Below are positions 1-10,604 of a stretch of DNA of 64,000 nucleotides, piece after piece. Position numbers and translations under genes: made by a program. Position 1 is the stretch's first letter; every line of letters starts with the position of its first letter. Source of the stretch: Candidatus Eiseniibacteriota bacterium (GTDB lineage Bacteria; Eisenbacteria; RBG-16-71-46; JABDJR01); the NCBI GenBank assembly GCA_963783375.1, contig CAWANH010000029.1:1376001-1440000 (forward strand). The letters run 5' to 3'. The notes below the pieces were generated by a model. That model was not told the origin of the DNA. It saw nothing but the letters and a program-made list of their open reading frames with translations, and did not search any database.

Positions 1-971
1 AGGTTGGGGGAGAGGCAGGCGCTCCGGCTCTCCCCCACCGGGGCCTCGTCCACGAGGAGCAGGGCGCCGGCGGGAGGCGGCGTCCCGCCCTCGATCACGA
101 TCCCGGCCAGAAACCGGTTCACGTGACCGCGGGAGTGGACCCGGGCCACGGTCTCCTGGCCGAGGTAACAGCCCTTGTCGTGGGAAACCATCCCGCCGCG
201 GCCCAGCTCCAGGATCAGGGTGCGCCCGTCCATGTCGACCCCGAAGGCCGGGCGCCCGCCTTCGATGCGGAGGATCTCCAGGGCCTCGGCCCCGACCTCG
301 ACGAGCCCATGTTCCCGACCCGCGGCGGTGAGCGCGTCGCGGACCGGCGCCAGGTCCGACCGGGAAACGAGGAGCCGCCCCCCCACGTCTCCGGTCCAGG
401 GGTCGGCCACGAACCGGACCGGACGGCTTCCCAGCCGGATCTCCCGGTGAAGGTAGGGATCGAGATCGACACGGTTCCCCGAGGCGGCCAGGAGAAGCGC
501 CGGGGTCTCGGGGCCGTGAAGCTCCAGCGCCGCCCATTCGCGGCTCAGGTCGGTGAAGCTTGCCCGCTCGCGAAACCGATGCTCCTCGAAGCGGGCCAGG
601 AGCCCGGCCAGGAGATCGGGCCGGGCGAGAAGAAGCATCGTTTCGCCGAGGTTCAAGAGATGGAGATCGGCGGAGATCCGTCCCTTGCGATCGAGGTAGG
701 CGGTGTAGGCCCCGCTCCCGGGTTCCATGGCCGCCACGTCCACGGGAAGCTGGGCCTGGAGAAAGCTCACGCGATCGGGTCCGGCGACCTCCGCCACCGC
801 CACCAGTTCGGTCCGGCCGAGCGCCACCCGGGCGCGCGCGGCCCGGGCCTCGGCGGCGGGATCGGAAGCGCGCGCGGGCGGAGAAGGCGCGGGGGGATCC
901 GGCGAACCGGCGGGCGTCGAGGGACGGGCGGGATCCGGGAAGACGGGAGAACCGGCGCGGTCCGGGGTCAC
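1..971 (-). CDS. ygfZ: YgfZ/GcvT-family folate-binding Fe-S maturation protein (partial, runs off the left edge)
   Basis: Not in the ORF track; translated by hand. GTG at 971 overlaps the iscA stop. The frame gives GPDRVSFLQAQLPVDV...YLDRKGR and the signature KGCYLGQETVARVHSRGHVNR (K codon at 176-174, in frame with 971). Confidence 0.85.
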   Translation of the reverse strand, partial: MTPDRAGSPVFPDPARPSTPAGSPDPPAPSPPARASDPAAEARAARARVALGRTELVAVAEVAGPDRVSFLQAQLPVDVAAMEPGSGAYTAYLDRKGRISADLHLLNLGETMLLLARPDLLAGLLARFEEHRFRERASFTDLSREWAALELHGPETPALLLAASGNRVDLDPYLHREIRLGSRPVRFVADPWTGDVGGRLLVSRSDLAPVRDALTAAGREHGLVEVGAEALEILRIEGGRPAFGVDMDGRTLILELGRGGMVSHDKGCYLGQETVARVHSRGHVNRFLAGIVIEGGTPPPAGALLLVDEAPVGESRSACLSPN

Positions 972-1312
972 ACCGAGAAGGACTCCCCGCAGCCGCAGGA
1001 ATTCTCGGCGTTGGGATTCGAGAAGACGAACCCCTTGCCGGAGAGCCCGCTCTGGTGATCCACGGTGATCCCCTTCAGGTAGAGGAGGCTCTTGGGATCG
1101 ATGAACACCCGGGTTCCGCCATCGAGGTCCATCACCGCGTCGCCGGGCTCCTGGAGGGTGAACTCCAGCTTGTAGGAGAGACCGGAGCACCCGCCGCCGG
1201 CCACCCCCAGGCGGAGGCCCACGCCCTCCCGCCGGTCCTCGGCCAGGAGCCGGGCCACTTCCCGGCGGGCGGAGTCGGTCAGATGGGCGATCGCGGTCTG
1301 GGTTTCAGCCAT
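968..1312 (-). CDS. iscA: HesB/IscA A-type Fe-S cluster carrier
   Basis: GGGCSGLSY and C-terminal NPNAENSCGCGESF motifs. Confidence 0.93.
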   Translation of the reverse strand: MAETQTAIAHLTDSARREVARLLAEDRREGVGLRLGVAGGGCSGLSYKLEFTLQEPGDAVMDLDGGTRVFIDPKSLLYLKGITVDHQSGLSGKGFVFSNPNAENSCGCGESFSV

Positions 1313-1474
1313 GTCGTAAGTGCTCCTCGGGTTGATCGGGTCGCCCCGGCGGAGGCCCGCCGGGAATCACGACAAAGATTATACACATTCCGGGCGAAGG
1401 CCGATCCATGCAGCCACAAGCCATTACCCCACAATTGATTGCGGCCTACGGGGTCTGGAGGAACGGGGCGAAGA

Positions 1475-1789
1475 TTATTTGTAGCGGTAGGTGATCCGGC
1501 CTCGGGTGAGATCGTACGGGGAGAGCTCGACCGTCACTTTGTCCCCATTCAGGATGCGGATGAAGTGTTTCCGCATCTTCCCGGAGATGTGGGCCAGGAT
1601 TTCGTGACCGTTCTCCATGCGGACCTTGAACCGGGCGTTGGGAAGGCTGTCCACCACGATCCCCTCGACCACCACCGCGTCCGGCTTTTGCGCCGGACCC
1701 GTGGGCGTGGCGGTCTGATCGGCCGTCTTCTTCTTCTTCCGGCTGAGCTGGCGCTTCTTCCCCCGGCTTATCCTTCGTTTCCTTGCGAT
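1475..1789 (-). CDS. infA: Translation initiation factor IF-1 with a Lys/Arg-rich N-terminal extension; probable ATC start
   Basis: Core [16 protein letters not shown]...[46 protein letters not shown] (1801-1794) lies 4 nt before an in-frame ATC at 1789; the start is uncertain. Confidence 0.9.
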   Translation of the reverse strand: MARKRRISRGKKRQLSRKKKKTADQTATPTGPAQKPDAVVVEGIVVDSLPNARFKVRMENGHEILAHISGKMRKHFIRILNGDKVTVELSPYDLTRGRITYRYK

Positions 1790-2072
1790 GGCAACCTCCT
1801 TGGGGTGGGGAACCTCCGAGGCTCCCTCGACCCATTCATTCTTCCGCGGGGCTTCGACGAGCCGCGCGAACACGCAGTCGAGCAATAACCGATTCAGTGT
1901 AGCGCATCCGGGGAATTTGCGGCAGTGGCGCCGCCCCCGGCACTTGCGGCATAGTGGAGGCGGTGGCCCGAGCGGACCCGGGCCCCCTCCGAGGCCCCCT
2001 GCCTCCCCATGAGACGTCAAACTTACGGTTTTTCAAGTAGTTACATCCCATCGACTCCGGAGGAGTACCGCC

Positions 2073-3656
2073 ATGAACCTGCCCTCCTCAAGACTCCGGC
2101 GCACCGGATCCGTCCATGCCCTCCTGGCCGGGCTGGCCGCGGCCGCGCTCGCCGCCCTCACGGCCCCGGCCGGGGCCGCCGTGGTCCTGCCCACCGACTT
2201 CGCCGACCAGCTCGTCATATCCGGCCTCGACCAGCCCACGAGCTTCGTCTTTCTCCCCGACGGGCGGGTGGTGATCACCGAACAGAACACCGCCGACGTG
2301 GAACTCCTGGTGAACGGGAGCCTGGCCCCCTCCCCCATCCTCCACATCCCCGACGTCAACACCTCGGGCGGTGAGCGGGGGCTTCTGGGGGTCGCGATGG
2401 ATCCGGGATGGCCCGCCCGCCCTTACCTCTATTTCTACTTCGACCGCACGCCGGGGAACGTCAACTACGTGGCCCGCTGGACGGCGACCGGCGACCTGAG
2501 CGACGGCTCCAGCGCGAACCTGACCCTCGGCGATCGCTACGACATCCTCACCGACATTCCGGACAACGCATCGAATCACAACGGGGGGACGCTCCGCTTC
2601 GGGCCGGACGGATTCCTCTACGCGAGCGTGGGCGACGACGCCGACCAGTGCCAAGCCCAGGACCCGACCACGCTGCAGGGAGCGATCCTCCGGCTCGACG
2701 TGTCGGGCCTCCCCGCCGGCGCGGGCGGTCCGCCGGCCAAATTCGCCATCACCCCCGGGACCAACCCCTTCGCCGGGGGAAACGCCAACGCCGGCCTCAT
2801 CTATTGCTACGGTCTCAGAAATCCGTTCCGCTTTCACGTGGACCGCTGGCCGGGACGCATCTATATCGGCGACGTGGGGCTCAGCACCTACGAGGAGATG
2901 GACGAGGCCCGCCCCGGCGACAACCTCGGCTGGCCCTGGCGCGAGGGGCCGCTGGTGCGCGCGATATCCGCCTGCCCCGAGCCCGGCGGCTCCGGGACCC
3001 AGACGTTCACCGATCCCATCGCCTACTACCTCCGGAGCTCCGGTTCGTGGGCGGTCATCGGCGGCCCGATCTACCGGCCGGTCTCCGGAGGCGCCTACAC
3101 CTTCCCCACCCTCTACGACGGGGTCGTGTTCTACGCCGAGTACTACCACGGGTTCATTCGCGCGCTGAAGCGGGTGAACGGAACCTGGGGGCCGTTGGCC
3201 CCGGTCTCCGGCCAGCCCAACGCCACCGACTGGGCCACCGGAATCAACAACATCGGCGACTTCGGCCTGGGGCCGGACGGGGCGATCTACTACGCTCAGC
3301 AGTTCCCGGGATCGCTTCGGCGAATCGTCTACACCGGCACGGTGACCGGGGTCCCGGATCGGCCGACCGGGCCCACCCCGTCGATCCGCGTGGGACCGAA
3401 CCCGTTCTTCGCCGGAGGGGCGCCGGCCCGGGTGGAGTTCGCGGGGACGGGCGAGGGCGAGGTCCGGATCGGGGTATGGGACGTGACCGGGCGCCGGGTG
3501 AGGTCGCTGTACACCGGGGATCCGGGGGAAGCGGGGGGCGCGACGGCCTGGGACGGCCGCGACGACCGCGGGAGCGCGGTCCCGCCGGGGATCTACTACC
3601 TCCGCGTGGAGGGGCCGGGGGGGGCCGCCTCGACCCGGGTGGCGCTTCTGCCCTGA
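2073..3656 (+). CDS. Secreted PQQ-dependent glucose/sorbosone dehydrogenase-family beta-propeller with C-terminal FlgD-Ig-like domain
   Basis: Signal peptide; GERGLLG, HNGGTLRFGPDG and YGLRNPFRF motifs; C-terminal PNPF...WDGRD...GIYY. Confidence 0.85.
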   Translation: MNLPSSRLRRTGSVHALLAGLAAAALAALTAPAGAAVVLPTDFADQLVISGLDQPTSFVFLPDGRVVITEQNTADVELLVNGSLAPSPILHIPDVNTSGGERGLLGVAMDPGWPARPYLYFYFDRTPGNVNYVARWTATGDLSDGSSANLTLGDRYDILTDIPDNASNHNGGTLRFGPDGFLYASVGDDADQCQAQDPTTLQGAILRLDVSGLPAGAGGPPAKFAITPGTNPFAGGNANAGLIYCYGLRNPFRFHVDRWPGRIYIGDVGLSTYEEMDEARPGDNLGWPWREGPLVRAISACPEPGGSGTQTFTDPIAYYLRSSGSWAVIGGPIYRPVSGGAYTFPTLYDGVVFYAEYYHGFIRALKRVNGTWGPLAPVSGQPNATDWATGINNIGDFGLGPDGAIYYAQQFPGSLRRIVYTGTVTGVPDRPTGPTPSIRVGPNPFFAGGAPARVEFAGTGEGEVRIGVWDVTGRRVRSLYTGDPGEAGGATAWDGRDDRGSAVPPGIYYLRVEGPGGAASTRVALLP

Positions 3657-3806
3657 ACGGGGCAGGGCAGGCTCTCCCCGCCGGCGGACCCGGGAGGTCG
3701 CGGGGCTCCCGCGGCGGGGTGCGCGAGGCGGGGCGGCGATTGCGCGATACCGGGGGCGGGCCGATCCGGCGGCGGGAGGCGGGGTGCGCGAGGCGGGCCG
3801 ACGGGG

Positions 3807-3812
3807 TATAAT
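3807..3812 (+). promoter_or_regulatory. Probable sigma-70 -10 box upstream of the M3 peptidase
   Basis: Perfect TATAAT in a GC-rich intergenic region about 65 nt before the ATG; no clear -35. Confidence 0.4.
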
Positions 3813-3878
3813 ACCGCTCCCTCGTTCCGGCCTCATCAACCACCGGATCCGCTCAGGTATCCGCGTTCTGGAGCTAGC

Positions 3879-5939
<2,061 letters not shown>

Positions 5940-6135
5940 ATCAGGGAGGCTCCCCGGAGTGAGGCGGTTGGCAGGAACGGAAGCGCCCACGGCGGCGTCG
6001 AAGCGGATTCGGCGGCCCTCGGAGGCGCGATCGGGCCCATGAACACGGGGCGGGCGCCGGCAACGGCGTCCGCCCTTTCTCATTGGTCCGTGCTGCCCCG
6101 AATTCGTTCCGGCACGCCGCTCGAATCTCACTCGG

Positions 6136-6164
6136 TTGCAAATTCAGTAAATTGTGGTTAAATT
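6136..6164 (+). promoter_or_regulatory. Putative sigma-70 promoter for the 6309 gene
   Basis: TTGCAA-N17-TAAATT in an AT-rich patch; AAATTCAG repeated 20 nt apart. Confidence 0.4.
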
Positions 6165-6308
6165 CAGAGGTTCCCGCGTCCGGGCCCCCGGGAACGGCTT
6201 CGCACCGCCACTCAGGCCGCCATCGCCGGCCAGGGCCCCACCGGGAGCGCGCGGCTCTACGCACTCCGGGCCCGCGTTCCTCTCCATCATCCAACAGGGA
6301 GAAACCCA

Positions 6309-7034
6309 ATGCATCCCAACGGCTACGCAAGGCTATTCCGGGTTCCCACCCTCCGACGTCCGCTCCCCGTCCTCGTCGCGGCGCTCCTCCTGGGAGCGGC
6401 CCTGACACCGGAGGTCCCGACCGCCTCCGCCGGCACCATCGTCCTCCACAGCGGGAACGGTTCGGTCGGCGACATGGATTCGCAAATCACCTACCTGCAG
6501 GAACCCTCCCTCCCCTGCTGCAGCGAATTCCTCCCCTTCACCTCCGCCGACTTCCTCGCCGCCCAGACCGGACCGCCGGCGTACGTGCGAGGCCCGTACG
6601 CGGGGTGGATCACGGGTCTGGCCTGCGACCCGACCGCGCGGTGGATCGCCGAGGATACGAACAACGACACGCACACCACGCTCTACGCCTACCCCTTCGA
6701 CGTGGACACCTGCTGTGTCGCCGGCGCGAACCTCACGTTCTGCTGGGCGGTGGACGACTATCTGGGCGGCGCCTCGAACAACCCCGCCGGTGTGTACCTC
6801 AACGGGGACCCCCTGACCTCGATCTCCGGTGGGGGCATCGGCACGGAGTCGAGCGTCGGACCCGTGGACGTGACCTCGATGATCCAGTGCGGCCGGAACT
6901 GGCTGTACGTCTACGATCGCGACACCTCTTCGATCGTCAGCGGCGTCATGTTCAGCGCCACGCTGGACATCACCCCCTGCATCGTACCCACCCGGCCTAC
7001 GACCTGGTCCACGATCAAGACGATGTATCACTGA
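6309..7034 (+). CDS. Secreted Cys-containing hypothetical protein with C-terminal TWSTIKTMYH tail
   Basis: Signal peptide; beta-rich body; C-terminal PTRPTTWSTIKTMYH. Confidence 0.7.
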   Translation: MHPNGYARLFRVPTLRRPLPVLVAALLLGAALTPEVPTASAGTIVLHSGNGSVGDMDSQITYLQEPSLPCCSEFLPFTSADFLAAQTGPPAYVRGPYAGWITGLACDPTARWIAEDTNNDTHTTLYAYPFDVDTCCVAGANLTFCWAVDDYLGGASNNPAGVYLNGDPLTSISGGGIGTESSVGPVDVTSMIQCGRNWLYVYDRDTSSIVSGVMFSATLDITPCIVPTRPTTWSTIKTMYH

Positions 7035-7219
7035 GACCGGAGCCGCGGGTGCCCGGTCCCGGAGGCGAGCGCCATTCGGGTCCGGGCGTCCGCGGGGCCC
7101 GCGTGATTTCACCCGCATGAATCGCCGACGAGCCGGCGGCGGCCAACCTCGGGACGCCCTCGCGCCGAAGAGGGGGTTGCGCTCCCAAGATCCCGGGCCT
7201 TCTGCTAGTCTCCCGGCGC

Positions 7220-8572
7220 ATGAACGCCCCCGCATCCGTTCCCGCGGAGCGCCCCCACCACCTGCGCCGGGTCCTCGGAAGCGGAGACGCCGCGGCGCTG
7301 ATCGTGGGCGTGATGATCGGGTCCGGCATTTTCGCCACCCCGCCCCTGGTGGCCGGCCATCTCCCCTCCGCCGGAGCCATGCTGGCGATCTGGGCGTTGG
7401 GCGGGGTGCTCGCCCTCTGCGGCGCGCTCTGCTACGCCGAGCTATCGGGGATGTTCCCCGAGACCGGCGGGGCCTACGTCTTCCTCCGGGAGGGATACGG
7501 GCGGCTCCCGTCCTTCGTGTTCGGGTGGAGCGAGCTCCTGGTCACCTACCCCGCCTCGATCGCCGCGGTCTCGGTGGTCTTCATCGCCTACCTGTCCCGG
7601 CTCGTCCCCATCCCCGAACCCGCCCGGCCCGCCGCCGCCGCGGCTTTGTGCCTGGTCCTGGCCGGGCTCAACGTGCTGGGGGTGCGGCTGGGGGCGTGGT
7701 CGCTCCGGATCTTCACCGGATCCAAGGTGCTGGCCCTGGCCGCGATCGTCGGGTTCGCGTTCCTGGCCCGGCGGGGCTCGGCGGCGAACCTGGCCCCGCT
7801 CTGGGTCACGCCGGAAGGAGGCTGGTCGGCGGGCGCGGTGGCCCTCTCCCTGGTGGCGGTGATCTGGACCTACGAGGGCTGGGCCGACGGGCCGACCCTG
7901 GCCGGCGAGGTGCGGGACGAGAAGCGCGACGTGGCGCGCGCGCTCCTCTTCGGCACCCTGGGGGTGGCGGCCATCTATCTGCTGGTGAACCTGGCCTACG
8001 TCTTCGTGCTCGGGGTGGATGGGGTGAGCCGCTCGGATGCGGTGGCGGTGGACACCGCTCTCCGCGTGTTCGGCCCGGCCGGCGGGCTGTTCGTGACGTT
8101 GCTCGTCCTGGTCTCGACCCTGGGGAGCGTCCTGGCCATGATCATCGCCGCCTCCCGGGTGTTCTTCGCGGTGGGGCGCGACGGGCTCTTCTTCGAGCGG
8201 GTGGGCCGGGTGCATCCGCGCTTCAAGACCCCCGCCTACGCGCTGGCCGCGGTGGGGGGCGTGTCGGCGGCCTACACCCTGCTCGGCACCTTCGAGGAGA
8301 TCATCCGCTACTTCGTGTTCGTGGCGACGCTGTGGTTCGTCTTCATCATCGGCTCGGTCATCCTCCACCGGCTCCGCCGCCCGCATCACCCGAGGCCGTT
8401 TCGCGTCCCGCTCTATCCCCTTCCGCCGCTCGTGTACCTGGTGGTGGCGATCGGGTTGCTGGTCCAGCTCGCGCGCGAGGCGCCGCGGGACGCGGTGGTG
8501 GGGGTCGCGGTGCTCGCGGCGTCGGTGCCGGTCTATTTCCTGTGGGAGCGGAGCCGGAGCGCGCGGGGGTGA
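7220..8572 (+). CDS. APC-family amino acid permease
   Basis: IVGVMIGSGIF, YAEL...PETGGAYVFL and WTYEGW motifs; about 12 TM segments. Confidence 0.92.
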   Translation: MNAPASVPAERPHHLRRVLGSGDAAALIVGVMIGSGIFATPPLVAGHLPSAGAMLAIWALGGVLALCGALCYAELSGMFPETGGAYVFLREGYGRLPSFVFGWSELLVTYPASIAAVSVVFIAYLSRLVPIPEPARPAAAAALCLVLAGLNVLGVRLGAWSLRIFTGSKVLALAAIVGFAFLARRGSAANLAPLWVTPEGGWSAGAVALSLVAVIWTYEGWADGPTLAGEVRDEKRDVARALLFGTLGVAAIYLLVNLAYVFVLGVDGVSRSDAVAVDTALRVFGPAGGLFVTLLVLVSTLGSVLAMIIAASRVFFAVGRDGLFFERVGRVHPRFKTPAYALAAVGGVSAAYTLLGTFEEIIRYFVFVATLWFVFIIGSVILHRLRRPHHPRPFRVPLYPLPPLVYLVVAIGLLVQLAREAPRDAVVGVAVLAASVPVYFLWERSRSARG

Positions 8573-8739
8573 GTCCGTGGCGGGTGGTCTATCCACACCG
8601 GCCCGGGTACACTCTCCGGGCTCCGGGCCCCGTGGCCGGGGCATCGCCATTCCGTCGGCCGTGGCCGCGGCCCCGCCAACCGGGGCCCGATCGCCCGTCA
8701 GGCCGGCTCGCACGTTACCCATGAAGACGCAGGGAGTCC

Positions 8740-9615
8740 ATGGCCGCGAAAAAGAACGACAAGAAGCCGAAGCGGAAGAAGTTCATCAAGACGCTCAACG
8801 CCCGAAATGCGGACCGCCACATCCTCTACGAGGCGTCGGTGCAGTGTGTGGAGGCGGACCTCGACTTCTTCGAGCGCGTATTCAAGAAGAAGCGCAAGCG
8901 CCCCCTCCGCTTCATCCGTGAGGACTTCTGCGGCACCGGCGCATTGGCCTGCGAGTTCCTGCGCCGGCACCCGGACAACACCGCCATCGGAGTGGACCTG
9001 GACCAGCCGACCCTGGACTGGGGAATGCGCCATCACGTCTCCCGACTGGGTGACGCGGCCGGACGCCTGGCGTTGTTCAACGAGAACGTCCTCACCGTCA
9101 ACACCCCGCCGGTGGATCTGGTGGCCGCGCTCAACTTCTCCTACTCGGTGTTCAAGACCCGCGAGGAGCTTCGCGTCTACTTTTCCCGCGTGCGCGAGGG
9201 GCTGAACGAGGAAGGCATCTTCATCCTCGACGCGTTCGGCGGAACCGACGCCATGGACGAATTGGAGGAGGAGAGAAAGATCACCTCGGGCACCACGCCT
9301 GACGGCACGCCGCTCCCGCCGTTCGTCTACATCTGGGACCAGGCCAGCTTCAACGTGGTGAACCACCACATCCTCTGCCATATCCACTTCCGGTTCCCCG
9401 ACAAGAGCAAGATGAAGCGGGCCTTCACCTACGACTGGCGACTGTGGACCCTTCCCGAACTCCAGGAGATCATGTTGGAGGCGGGGTTCTCCCGGGCCGA
9501 CGTCTACCTGGAAGGCTGGGACGACGAAGAGGACGAAGCGGACGGAATCTTCCGCCGCCGCAAGCACTTCGAGAACATGGCGGGTTGGGTCGGCTACGTG
9601 GTGGGAAGCGTCTGA
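8740..9615 (+). CDS. Class I SAM-dependent methyltransferase
   Basis: EDFCGTG motif I and GVDLD motif II. Confidence 0.8.
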   Translation: MAAKKNDKKPKRKKFIKTLNARNADRHILYEASVQCVEADLDFFERVFKKKRKRPLRFIREDFCGTGALACEFLRRHPDNTAIGVDLDQPTLDWGMRHHVSRLGDAAGRLALFNENVLTVNTPPVDLVAALNFSYSVFKTREELRVYFSRVREGLNEEGIFILDAFGGTDAMDELEEERKITSGTTPDGTPLPPFVYIWDQASFNVVNHHILCHIHFRFPDKSKMKRAFTYDWRLWTLPELQEIMLEAGFSRADVYLEGWDDEEDEADGIFRRRKHFENMAGWVGYVVGSV

Positions 9616-10604
9616 TCGAAGGCGGGCCGCGTGCCGCCGCCCCGGGAAGCCCTGACCGGCGCGCCGTGACGCGCCGCCGCTCCGGGAACCCTCCGACCGG
9701 ACCACGCCGCCAGGCCCCACACGCCGCGCCGTCCGCCGGGCGAGATGGACAGGGTCGCCCGGTTTCCGGGAAATGCGCCGGTCGAGACGGCGGACCCCCC
9801 GACGCCGGGGACGGGGCCGCCAGTGCCCGGCCACCCCCACCGCGGCTGGAACCAAGCGAAGCTCTTGGGGTCACATAAGTTAAGGTTCCATCTCCCCCTC
9901 CCCGGACGCGGCCGCGACACCGTCGAGGGGGGGCCCCGGACCGGCACGCTTTCCTTCCCTGGATTTGGGAGAAGCGGATGACGTGCCCCCCCCTGAAACG
10001 GCAAAACTCCATTATTTGTAAACGTCTAATCACCGAAGTGCGGTCGAATCCTGACCCTTATAGTGGCATTCAGAGCTTGTGCCAGGGATCGGAACACGCG
10101 AGGTCGGCGTGGCCCCGCTACGCCCTCCGCCGGTCGATCGGGTACCCCTGACGGTCGGCTCAAGAGCCGACGGTCCTCCCGGACCGTTCTCGGGGTCGCC
10201 CACCCGGCCGCCGAGGAGACCGTCAATGCCCCAGAACGAGCACAAATCGATCGCGGCGCCGGAGCGGAGGGTTCCGGCCGGGAACGATGAGGGCGCCCCC
10301 CGAAACCGGGCGCGCATCACCCCGCCGGCCGTGACCTCCGGAGCCGAGACGGCGCTCCCCCGCTCTCACCGAATCCCGGCAATGCGGCTCGTCGGCCGAA
10401 CCAGGCGCCGGCCGCGTGGCGCGATCATCCCCGGGATCGCGAGAGTGCCCGAATTGGAGCGGTTTTGAAGGACGGACCTCACACCCGGGTCAAGGGGCCG
10501 ACCGCGGTGAGAGGCCGGCGGATACTGGACGTGTTGAGCGGAGATCTGCTTCCCCGGGATCGGTTGACCGGGGGGGCGGGCCGAATGAGAAAGCGGGGTG
10601 ACCC

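Noticed and set aside
2031-2043. IHF-like site TTTCAAGTAGTTA (similar one at 46636-46648, minus strand)
   Set aside because: Imperfect match to a degenerate consensus; cannot be distinguished from generic AT-rich promoter DNA by eye.
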